Below, in pieces: positions 1 to 9,040 of a stretch of DNA of 64,000 nt; position 1 is the stretch's first letter, and each line of letters starts with the position of its first letter. Made by a program: the position numbers and the translations under genes. The DNA is taken from contig CM106586.1 of the NCBI GenBank assembly GCA_048013815.1, positions 22,258,001-22,322,000 of the forward strand. The letters are read 5' to 3'. This DNA comes from Setoptus koraiensis. Lineage: Eukaryota; Animalia; Arthropoda. The notes beneath the pieces were generated by a model. The model ran no database searches and was not told the origin of the DNA. It saw only the letters and a list, made by a program, of their open reading frames with translations.

Positions 1-724
1 CGAGCCGATCTATGATGACTTGGTCTAATTCTTCGATTGCGAAGAAACCAATCGATACCAACTGTGACTCTCCACTGTCTGCTCTGATTCTGACTCCATT
101 GCACTCGGCGAGATAAATTTTCCACTTAGATAGGTCGCTTTGGTCGTGATTTGGCGTTGGATGAACGTATTACTACAGATTGAATTCTTGCTCGAATCTT
201 CAACCGGAAGCCCGATGGTTTGAAAGGGCTCCCGCCTACCGTTCGTTCGAAGGGAATGTTTCCGGAAGAATCTTTCCACAACGTTAGCTAATGTGCCACA
301 GTGTGTCTTCGATAGTGGCCTGAACTGTGCGCAGTTGCATCATGTGCGACAGTCTGCTCAACAGTACGCAAGCCTGGTCAGTCTGCAATTGTCTATCTCA
401 TGTGCATTGATTGCACAGCAGAAAATTAATTCCAATGCCAATCTACAGTGTGTGTGGCGCACACAGATATGCATCCCGCGGGCACAGGAATAAAAGTGTA
501 GCATTGGCTGCCGTCGTTACCGACTGTAAATAAAATTTAAGAAACAAGTCATCTCACACCCATTGTATACGCAGATATTTATTATTTATTTATTTAGTTT
601 CTATTAAACACATCAAGCACCACACCTACCAGATCACAATATTACTACTATTATACTATTTGTTTCTCCCACACAAATAGTCAATCTCTATTGTCGTCAT
701 TAGTATTACAGGCATTATTATAAT

Positions 725-1348
725 ATGTCTCTATCAACATCGGTCTCATCATTGTCAGAGATGCCTACGACAACCTCAATATCTAACTCGAATGAATCGA
801 GTCCAAGATCTCATGATCATAAGCCACCCAAGTACACTTACACTACAGAGGAACTGCGTTCTATTGGAGCTTCGATGAACTTCAGCGAAGCTAATCCTGT
901 CCACCAATCCACTCTACTCGGCCCAATGGCTCAATTCTCTGTTGGCCCCTATTCCAGTTTCTGCCCACCAATATCAAATCTCATCTCTTCGATGAGGACC
1001 AACAATTATAGGAGGCAACCACAACATGACAACCATGAGCCAAAGCCGCCAACTCGTCACGATACATATACCATAGGTGATGTATTTGATTTCAAATCAC
1101 TGGTGGAAGAGATATACAAGCAGACCCCGATTGTGCAAAACAACATTTACAACCAGCCCGAGTCTAATCAAGCCCCAACAGTACCCGATCACCAGGCCGA
1201 GCTCGCTTCCTCAGTAGCGGACTTTTTTCGTAAAGCGCAACCATACCACTATTCACCTCACTTGTTGTCCAGTCTAGACTCATCTAAAGTTGTGAGTGTC
1301 AGCAAATTAGAGGAGGAACTCTTAGGAGCAACGACCAAAGAAAAATGA
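725..1348 (+). CDS. 207-aa low-complexity protein with candidate eIF4E-binding, FDF-like and acidic helical motifs (4E-T/Cup-like; identity tentative)
   Basis: ATG-initiated single ORF with coding-like composition, flanked by AT-rich DNA; AATAAA at 1508-1513. Motifs YTTEELRSI (cf. 4E-T YTKEELLDI), GDVFDFKSLVEEI and C-terminal VVSVSKLEEELL. Coding status is likely; family assignment is weak. Confidence 0.65.
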   Translation: MSLSTSVSSLSEMPTTTSISNSNESSPRSHDHKPPKYTYTTEELRSIGASMNFSEANPVHQSTLLGPMAQFSVGPYSSFCPPISNLISSMRTNNYRRQPQHDNHEPKPPTRHDTYTIGDVFDFKSLVEEIYKQTPIVQNNIYNQPESNQAPTVPDHQAELASSVADFFRKAQPYHYSPHLLSSLDSSKVVSVSKLEEELLGATTKEK

Positions 1349-1554
1349 TTACTTAGAATTATTTTCATTATCAATATTACTTATACTCTTATATATATTA
1401 CTCAAGCTGATTGATTAATCTATCAGCACAGTATACATTGTGATGCTTGTTAAAACATAAAAGGAATTTAAGCGCTATGAGCGAAATGCTATAACAATGA
1501 ATTATCAAATAAATTGTCTCCACACGTGGGAAGATACTCTTTGAAATCCGAACT

Positions 1555-4500
1555 CTATGAAATATGAAAGTTGAGAAACGTTTGTATCGCTGAAAAAGGT
1601 TTCTTTCTCATAGTGGACGCACATTGTCTGTATAAACCGATGATCTCCTTGTCTTCTTCTTTGCGAGAGTAGAGAATTTTCTCTGATATCCAAACCTCGT
1701 CACGACCAATCCTCATCTGGCTAATACATGTTGATGCTTTCTCTGAGAAAAGATATCTCTTGTGCGATGGGTGGCTCTTCGGGGTGAGAAATAACATGAG
1801 AAAGTTGCTAAACGTAGGGTCACCATATGAAGCCCCCTCAAATTGATCTACTAGTTTGATAAAAAAATCATAGACGCTCAAGTTGATACCACTAAGCTTC
1901 TTGGCAGGATTCTGGAACGGCATGTCTTGTTCGTTGATGGGATCAATACATTCTGCAAGAAGGGTTAACACAACCTCCTTCAAGGAACACGAAACGCGGG
2001 TATCTAAGAATAGTTCATCAGTCAGAAAGACTGTACCGACTAAGCATAGACAATCCTCCAGATTCGGTTTAATAACAAGTTGGGAATATATTTTGCTATT
2101 CTTACAGATTCGGCTTATCAAACTTAAGACTACAATAATACTGTTGACGTCATCCTCTGCGTCTATCATCACTTGATCTTCGTCAATCCTCGACAATTTG
2201 GTGTGTTGAGTTTCATTTTTGACTCTCTTCTCCTCCTGATCATTAGTGGGAATTTCTTGTTGCCTAGAATAGTATTTGATGAGAGGCTCAAATAACCACA
2301 GTTTGGTGGAAAATTTACAATCGTCATAGATTACTTTTGCGCACTCGACGGGTATATAATCTATTTCTTCTTTCTCAATGCCGTAGCTCAATTTATCAAT
2401 CGGCTTCATGGACGGACTCAACTCATCAATCAATCGCTCGTAGAATTTCGAGTTCAGCACAATGTCGTACAATAAATTTTGTCGTAGCATTTCCGCTTCT
2501 TTAGATCCTGGTGACATTAGAGATACACACGTCATCGCCATAGTGAACAGAGTGTCGTAACATTGCAGGCGTTTTTTGATGCCTTCAATATGTTTCTCTT
2601 CATCATAATCTGTAGCGTTTATATGCTTTTCATCAACTGACATATAATATTGGCAAATCATGAGGACGGCCTTCGAAACTGTGAGCAATTCACATTGTTC
2701 GAACAGTCTAGATTTAACCGCAACCTCGAATCCGTCAGCGCAAGCATCTAAGTTTCGAATCTTCATCAAGTAGTCGTGGAGAGCGTGGTCCTTGAAAAAA
2801 TTTGACAGGATTTGAGGACTGCACTTGATTATGGTGAGGCATTCGATTATAGATCTGAATAGCAAGAATGGGCTGTTCTCTTCCAGGAAAGGCGTCAATT
2901 TAATATTTTGAGTAGTCGTTCTGTTGAAAAGTATACCACCGAACGAGGGTAAGTTTGAAGGATCTCTAATGCATCCACTGTATTTTTCACTCAGTGTTAT
3001 TGGAGTTCTAGGTAGGCAGCCCTTGGTGATTAATTTTAGGAAGGCTTTAGAAGTCATACTTTTAAGGAACACTTGTTGCAGCTCTACTATATCATGATTG
3101 TTTCTAATTAAGAGATCTATAGCACATGTCAATGCTAATGAGACATTCAAGTTCGGAATCATGTTCATACCTATGATCTCTCGAGTCCATTTAAATACTA
3201 GATAGCTTACATCCGGGAGAAATATTCTAGCTGCTGAAGATAGAGTTCTTGACAATTTGTCGAGAACATTAATTATTCCTGCCGCATATTGCCAATCGTA
3301 TACATTGACCTTTCCGTCCTCTCCTCGTTTGATAGCCTCCAGGTTTTTAAGCGAGTTTATGTGCACCTTGACATCTTGAAGCACCCCTGTAAAATAGTTG
3401 GTAACCTCATCTCTGATGGACTTTAACTGTAGGAACACAGACCAACATCTCAGGGCCTCGATGGAAATTTGCAATAAGGTCTCAGACATGTCCTTATTCT
3501 CAGTGATGGGTTCTATGCAAATATAGGATAATAAAATTGGAACTATGGATGATAGTTCCCAATTTAAAAAGTAAGACGCATATGTTTGTGCCGCAGATGC
3601 TTGGCCAATGCTTTCTTTGCGCTGAGCTATCGTGAGATTATTATCGTCCTCTAAATCAGCAGAAGCTATTACTCTTATGAATTTGAGCGCCTTCACTGAT
3701 GGTTTTTTCATTTCCAGTGTTTTGCTAGTAATAACCAGAGGCAAAAATTTCTCTTGAATTGCTTGAAGAAGATAGGGGTAGCCGGCAAGATAGGCGCATA
3801 TCCTGGGCGAATGACGCGCAATCCTGATAAGTATATCAAAAATACAATCGTGTATTGTGTGATCATTTTTGAAAGGTTCGGAAAGCCTAACTTCCAAAAG
3901 ATATCTGAGCCGTGTGATGAGTTCAGTTCTCTCAACCAAGGCAACTATCGGATCCTTTTTGACACAATCTGCGTCAGACATGTCATCAGGGAACCATGTA
4001 CTTTCTTTTGGATTGGGATTATCTTCAGACCAACAGTTAGGCTTAAGCCATAAGCTTGAGGATGGTGACTCCAATAACAGGAAGAACGCCTTATCTAACA
4101 GCATTTCGTCAATGTTTGTATTACAAATGAACGCATGTAGACATCTCAGAGCACTGATCACAGTTGTTTCGTTAGAACTATCTAAATTGACTCTCACAGT
4201 TAGTAATGACTCGTTCAATATGAGTGTGGTGATATTGAGATCAAAAATGTTGTCATAAGATGACCTATGGGCCCACATAACTATGTTGCCAAGTACATTC
4301 ATAGCGAGGACCCTCTGACGTTCGTAGCTGCTGTTGAGATAACAAAGCAGTTCCTCTATTGTGTAACCGGCCATATCCGGTTCATCTCCGTGATGATGTA
4401 ATCCTAGATGAGTGGGAATATCCATAGATTGTCCGTCATCTTTTGTCTGCAAAACTAATTTCCCTTCAATGTTAAACCTGGCTTGTTTACTGGATCCTTG

Positions 4501-4941
4501 TAATGAATCTACTTTGGCGCGATTCTCTTGCATTATCCAAGCTAGTTTGTCAAACTCCAACTTGTCCATATTGATCCATTTACCTTGACAAACTTCTTCC
4601 ATCTTGATTGGCAAGGCATCCTCATTGACCTGTGGACTGTCTGCTGTTGCCGGCTCTTTGCTTGTTCCGCCACGGTCGCTTTCAACATTTTTACTATTGA
4701 TATCAACAATTGTTTTCTTGACGTCTCTGACTTCAATTTTCTTCGATTTATTCTCTCCAGAGGTTTGAGGCACTTCATCCAATGATCGAGCTATATCCTC
4801 ATGGCTCGGTCTAGTTCGACCGGACCTTTTATAACGAGCTGGATCCTCAATACGATGCTCGATAATTGCACCAATTATCGTCGACTGAAGTTCGTACTGC
4901 TTCTCCCTCAGTTTGTCCCTTGTATCTTGATTTATAGCCAT
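1555..4941 (-). CDS. RPAP1: RNA polymerase II-associated protein 1 (RPAP1/Rba50/IYO family), 1128 aa, single exon
   Basis: Uninterrupted 3387-nt ORF. It contains the RPAP1 signature ARFNIEGKL...DIPTHLGLHHHGDEPDMAGYTIEELLCYLNSSYERQRVLAMNVLGNI, the upstream WINMDKLEFDKLAW motif, ARM-like helical repeats and the C-terminal FEGASYGDPTFSNFLMLFL segment. Confidence 0.92.
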   Translation of the reverse strand: MAINQDTRDKLREKQYELQSTIIGAIIEHRIEDPARYKRSGRTRPSHEDIARSLDEVPQTSGENKSKKIEVRDVKKTIVDINSKNVESDRGGTSKEPATADSPQVNEDALPIKMEEVCQGKWINMDKLEFDKLAWIMQENRAKVDSLQGSSKQARFNIEGKLVLQTKDDGQSMDIPTHLGLHHHGDEPDMAGYTIEELLCYLNSSYERQRVLAMNVLGNIVMWAHRSSYDNIFDLNITTLILNESLLTVRVNLDSSNETTVISALRCLHAFICNTNIDEMLLDKAFFLLLESPSSSLWLKPNCWSEDNPNPKESTWFPDDMSDADCVKKDPIVALVERTELITRLRYLLEVRLSEPFKNDHTIHDCIFDILIRIARHSPRICAYLAGYPYLLQAIQEKFLPLVITSKTLEMKKPSVKALKFIRVIASADLEDDNNLTIAQRKESIGQASAAQTYASYFLNWELSSIVPILLSYICIEPITENKDMSETLLQISIEALRCWSVFLQLKSIRDEVTNYFTGVLQDVKVHINSLKNLEAIKRGEDGKVNVYDWQYAAGIINVLDKLSRTLSSAARIFLPDVSYLVFKWTREIIGMNMIPNLNVSLALTCAIDLLIRNNHDIVELQQVFLKSMTSKAFLKLITKGCLPRTPITLSEKYSGCIRDPSNLPSFGGILFNRTTTQNIKLTPFLEENSPFLLFRSIIECLTIIKCSPQILSNFFKDHALHDYLMKIRNLDACADGFEVAVKSRLFEQCELLTVSKAVLMICQYYMSVDEKHINATDYDEEKHIEGIKKRLQCYDTLFTMAMTCVSLMSPGSKEAEMLRQNLLYDIVLNSKFYERLIDELSPSMKPIDKLSYGIEKEEIDYIPVECAKVIYDDCKFSTKLWLFEPLIKYYSRQQEIPTNDQEEKRVKNETQHTKLSRIDEDQVMIDAEDDVNSIIVVLSLISRICKNSKIYSQLVIKPNLEDCLCLVGTVFLTDELFLDTRVSCSLKEVVLTLLAECIDPINEQDMPFQNPAKKLSGINLSVYDFFIKLVDQFEGASYGDPTFSNFLMLFLTPKSHPSHKRYLFSEKASTCISQMRIGRDEVWISEKILYSRKEEDKEIIGLYRQCASTMRKKPFSAIQTFLNFHIS

Positions 4942-5531
4942 ATGTAGCGATATTTTTTTCCCTCACAAAATAATTATAAAATGATGGATAAGAAAAACTG
5001 TCTAATAAATGAAAAAATTGTGTAATAAGGATTGGGTTGTCCGCAAGAAGATTCCCTTTTGGCAGCCTCTCTGATAAGATGATACGCCCCTGTCTTCAGT
5101 TGTCCTGGGAAAGAGAAGCGCCCAAGGTTGAAATCCACCCCTTTGAAAATGCACTGTGGAAGCTAGCGTTGTCTTTTCAGGAAAATTTTATTAGCGGGCA
5201 CCTAAAAAAACACGTGGCAAGCGAATTTTCTGGTTGCGATATTGTGAACGAATGGTTGAAAAGTTTTGCCGTCACATGTGAGATTTGAGCGGTTTACAGT
5301 GGGAGCGGAAGAGGGCGACCTCTAGCGCAAGATCATCAAAGCTGTCGGTCAGAACCAACAAGTTCAAACCAAAGTTTCTGCTCAACTTACCAATCCTGAC
5401 ATTAGTTTTTTTGAATTTGTTAACTTTACAATCATCGATTTTTTATCAACAGGATAAACTTCTACAACACTTTTCGCCTCCACAGAATGTCGAGAACGAA
5501 ACATTGAGCAATTCGAAGTACAAACACAAAC
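4942..5531. promoter_or_regulatory. Putative bidirectional promoter between head-to-head RPAP1 and the RING-finger gene
   Basis: 590-bp spacer between divergent start codons (4941 - and 5532 +). Inferred from gene geometry only; no TSS evidence. Confidence 0.5.
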
Positions 5532-6032
5532 ATGGGAATAGATCGAGATTTGTGTCTAGAGAATGTGAAAGAGCTATCATACACCTTCGATTGCCCCGTC
5601 TGTTTAATGATACTAGAGGACCCTCTAACCTTAGCTTGCGGTCACACACTGTGCTCTACATGCTGGTACACAATTTTCAAAAGTTTGACGGCTAGGCAAA
5701 TAATGGTTTGCCCTGTTTGTCGGCACACAGTTAATTCTAATCGCTTTATTAGGGCGAGGGATAGACAGTTATTCAGAGAGTGGCGATCATGGACAATAAG
5801 CCAGAGATACTTGAGAGTAAACTTGGTTCTTCGAGATTGTCTCAAAAATAAGAGATTCAAATGTAAATATTTTCATCTTGGATGCAATCAACAATTTCTT
5901 TACCAGTATATAGGTTTTCATGGACGAGAGTGTAAATATAATAGCAACAACTACGGTCGTACTGATGGTAGTGATAATAATAATAATAATATGCATAATA
6001 CTAATAATAATAATATCAGTGATATTAATTGA
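5532..6032 (+). CDS. C3HC4 RING + TRAF-type zinc-finger protein (N-terminus like NRDP1/RNF41, RNF151, PDZRN3), putative E3 ligase, 166 aa
   Basis: RING ligands CPVC...CGH..CSTC...CPVC; TRAF-type finger KCKYFHLGC-x9-H-x3-C; N-terminal MGIDRDLC resembles the MGYD start of this family; Asn-rich tail. Confidence 0.85.
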   Translation: MGIDRDLCLENVKELSYTFDCPVCLMILEDPLTLACGHTLCSTCWYTIFKSLTARQIMVCPVCRHTVNSNRFIRARDRQLFREWRSWTISQRYLRVNLVLRDCLKNKRFKCKYFHLGCNQQFLYQYIGFHGRECKYNSNNYGRTDGSDNNNNNMHNTNNNNISDIN

Positions 6033-6063
6033 AATATAAGTAATATTAATAATAATAATAACA

Positions 6064-8241
6064 TTATTCATTCACATCAAGCTTGATCTTCTTCTGTACA
6101 CTCTCTTGATAATCAATCATGTGTCCGGGTATAGACTTGTCTTCAGATTGAGGTTTGTCTTGGGTAACTTCCGTGTTTATGACATCCACTGTAGCAACAG
6201 ATAGTTGGATATTGCCACACTGTTCCAAGTCGCCGCCTGCTTGACTGAAAGACCTAGGAGAATTAGCATCGCCAATAAAGTCATCTAAGTCGCCCATATC
6301 CATGGAATCTGGGGTACCTGTATCGATTCCATGAGAAAAGTGACCCGGAGATGTCGGAGCAGATTTCGAACTGATAGCTCGGCTGCCCTTCATACATGAT
6401 GTTGGTCGCTGCCTCCGCCTTCTAAAGGCTTGATCTAATAATTTGGGTTCGCTGGATGCTTCAATCCTCCAGAATGAGCCTTTTCCTGGTTCTTCTTGAC
6501 TTCTGGGGACTTTAACAAAATATCTATTCAACGACAAGTTGTGACGAATTGAATTTTGCCATCCTTTGTCGGCAGTTCTATAATAGGGATAATTCTTAGT
6601 AATATACGAATATATACCACTAAGGGTCAACTGTTTATCATGAGCAGCTGATATAGATTGAACAATCAGTTGAGCATAGGAGTATGGCGGCTTTCCGTCC
6701 TCTGATTTTTCATTGTTTTGCTTCCTTGGAGAAGTATTAACACTTGCTGGATTATTTCCTATTGCTAATGACGCATAGGCGGAGTTCATTGTTAGATCAG
6801 TGATGCAATGCATTGTCGTGTTCCCATTAGTATCCAAAACAACTTCGTTTCCATCTAGAAAACATTGATCAACTACTTCAACAACTTGTTGTTGATTTTG
6901 CAACTGCATTTTATGCTGTTGATCTTGTTGTTTTAGTTGCACTTGTTGTAACTGCAACACTTGGTGTTGTTGAGGTTGCTGTAATTGTTGTTGCTGATTT
7001 GATTGCTGTTGTAGAAGCTGCGACTGGGGTTGAAGCTGCTGCTGCTGTGCCTGTTGTTGTTGTGGTAGCTGCTGTTGATACGCTTGCGACTGTCGTGATT
7101 GTGGCTGGGGTTGCGGTTGCGTTTGTTGTGGTTTAGGCTGGGGTTGCGTCTCCTGTTTTATTTGCTGCGGAGGCGATTGAAGTTGGGGTTCCTGTTGTTG
7201 AAGTAACTGTTGCATCGTGGGCCTTGTTTGTGATTGCTGTTGTTGGGACGGCTGCTGAGGCTGTTGCTTATTAGTTGTCAACAGGGCTTGTATTTGAGGT
7301 ATGAATGTGTGCGCTGGCGGCATCAAAATAGCTTGATGGTGTGAGTGTTGAAAATTCACTACCTGAGGTTTATTGGAGTGTGCCTGTGGTGGTGTAGGAA
7401 GCTGCGGTGGTACGTTAGATGTAACTTGATGCTGATGTGCCACATTAATGGGAGATTGTGCAACTATTCCTGCTGCGTATGCCATCATTTGAAGATGCAA
7501 ATCCTGAGGTATAGATCGATTAGAAGAAGGAGGGCTAGTGGGACACGAGTTTGCTGCGCTAATAGTGTCCGTGGGCGATTGTGCTGGCGATTTACATTGG
7601 TCTGGTATACTGATCCTAAGTGGAGTTGGCAATCTTAACGAATTGTTTGAAATTGTTTTTGTAGCTTTAGGTGTTTTGGATGAGGTTGCTAATGTAGGGG
7701 TTGTAGATTTAGTTGGTGTTGTTGTTGTTGAATCTGAATCAATATTTAGAAGTGGCTTTTCGTCCTCTTCAGCGTGAATGGTGGACGTTGGTGATGGCGC
7801 GCTTTCGCCCACAAGTGCATTAAATACAAGATATATGTTTGTGCTGGGAAAGCGGAACGTACAACGTGGCAGTAATGGTACCCTACCTGCCTCTTTCCTA
7901 GTGAACATTCCATTCAAGAATATACCATTCTTGCTAAGACAGGTCATAAAAAAATGTGGCGATTGATATTCAATCTCAAGATGATGATTAGAGATCATGA
8001 GTGATCTGCCCATATTTACATCATTTATTCCCCTAGAGCTATTTCGTCCTATTGTAATTTTTGACTGGCGAATCATGTAAACGAACTCCCTTGTTTCCAA
8101 TCTGGCCAAGGCTAGCCTGGTGCTCTCAGAGGAGTTTGAGCCAATACCCTGCCATTGCCTGTTGTGTCTAGATGGACTGCCGGGTGCCGAGCGCAACGCC
8201 AGCAGCGCCCAGGCGGAATCTCGATCCGGATCCACATCCAT
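6064..8241 (-). CDS. FoxK: Forkhead box K transcription factor (FHA + forkhead), ~725 aa, single exon
   Basis: First ATG is at 8241 (the track's 8298 start is a TTG). Sin3-binding-like SAWALLALRSAPGSP; FHA domain LARLETREFVYMIRQSKITIGRNSS...KNGIFLNG...FRFPSTNI; canonical forkhead KPPYSYAQLIVQSI...GWQNSIRHNLSLNRYFVKVPRSQEEPGKGSFW; AFRRRRQR and SAPTSP motifs; central poly-Q. Confidence 0.96.
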   Translation of the reverse strand: MDVDPDRDSAWALLALRSAPGSPSRHNRQWQGIGSNSSESTRLALARLETREFVYMIRQSKITIGRNSSRGINDVNMGRSLMISNHHLEIEYQSPHFFMTCLSKNGIFLNGMFTRKEAGRVPLLPRCTFRFPSTNIYLVFNALVGESAPSPTSTIHAEEDEKPLLNIDSDSTTTTPTKSTTPTLATSSKTPKATKTISNNSLRLPTPLRISIPDQCKSPAQSPTDTISAANSCPTSPPSSNRSIPQDLHLQMMAYAAGIVAQSPINVAHQHQVTSNVPPQLPTPPQAHSNKPQVVNFQHSHHQAILMPPAHTFIPQIQALLTTNKQQPQQPSQQQQSQTRPTMQQLLQQQEPQLQSPPQQIKQETQPQPKPQQTQPQPQPQSRQSQAYQQQLPQQQQAQQQQLQPQSQLLQQQSNQQQQLQQPQQHQVLQLQQVQLKQQDQQHKMQLQNQQQVVEVVDQCFLDGNEVVLDTNGNTTMHCITDLTMNSAYASLAIGNNPASVNTSPRKQNNEKSEDGKPPYSYAQLIVQSISAAHDKQLTLSGIYSYITKNYPYYRTADKGWQNSIRHNLSLNRYFVKVPRSQEEPGKGSFWRIEASSEPKLLDQAFRRRRQRPTSCMKGSRAISSKSAPTSPGHFSHGIDTGTPDSMDMGDLDDFIGDANSPRSFSQAGGDLEQCGNIQLSVATVDVINTEVTQDKPQSEDKSIPGHMIDYQESVQKKIKLDVNE

Positions 8242-8469
8242 CCCTCGGGTATTTGTTTGGCTGGCTGGTCGATAACGGTGATTGTGCTTTTTTGCCAATG
8301 AAAGAAAAACAGCAGCAGCAGCAATTGCGCACTATGGGCGAGCAGTTTTGATTGTTAATTATTAATTAATTTTGTTTCTCTTTCTTGATGTTGTTTTTGT
8401 TTTTCTTTATTTATCTCGCTCTCTCTCTCTCTGACTCTCCCTTTCTCTCTATTATCTCTGCTGCCGGTT

Positions 8470-9040
8470 CGAATAATTAAATAATAATATTAATAATAAT
8501 AGTGATTCCTAATAATAATAATAGTAATTCCTAATGATAATAGCAATGATAATTTTAATAATTTCAGTGCAATCCGATACAGATAGATAGAGCCGCGGTT
8601 GTTGTAGCGAAAATGTTGTGTCTACTATGCCAATATTGATGATATTGCCGGTGCTGAGAATTGTATTACAGTAATAGTGGCGATGATGATGATAATAATA
8701 ATAATAATGAAAATGATGATAATAATAATAATAATAACAAAGTGATAATCACAATAATAATAATAATAGAAACAACACACACACACACACACGCACAGAC
8801 ACACACACACACACACTCACATGTAAACACACGCACGCACGCACGCACATCATGTAGAATCGGTTAGTTTGCCATTCTCGGAATGTTTATTGTTGTTTGA
8901 ATTCATTCGCTTGTTCGCTTGTGTGCGTTCGGTCGTTGCTTATTTCTGGCCTGTCTGCCTGTCTGCCTGCCTGTGTGTCTAACGCTGTGCTTGTGCTAGC
9001 GTGTGCGTGTGCGTGTGTGAGCGGTGTGCGTGCGTTTGCA
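8470..9040. repeat. Microsatellite cluster upstream of FoxK: (AAT)n, (GAT)n, (CA)n and GT/GC alternating tracts
   Basis: Direct reading, e.g. (AAT)n at 8480-8530 and 8690-8770, (CA)n at ~8773-8850, gtgtgc runs at ~9000-9035. Confidence 0.9.

Noticed and set aside
2-169. Stop-free minus-strand frame running off the left edge (YVHPTPNHDQ...KWKIYLAECNGVRIRADSGESQLVSIGFFAIEELDQVIIDRL) and the overlapping 25-279 ORF
   Set aside because: Protein-like, but there is no ATG or clear splice acceptor in frame and no family is recognised. It may belong to a gene outside the window and cannot be supported here.
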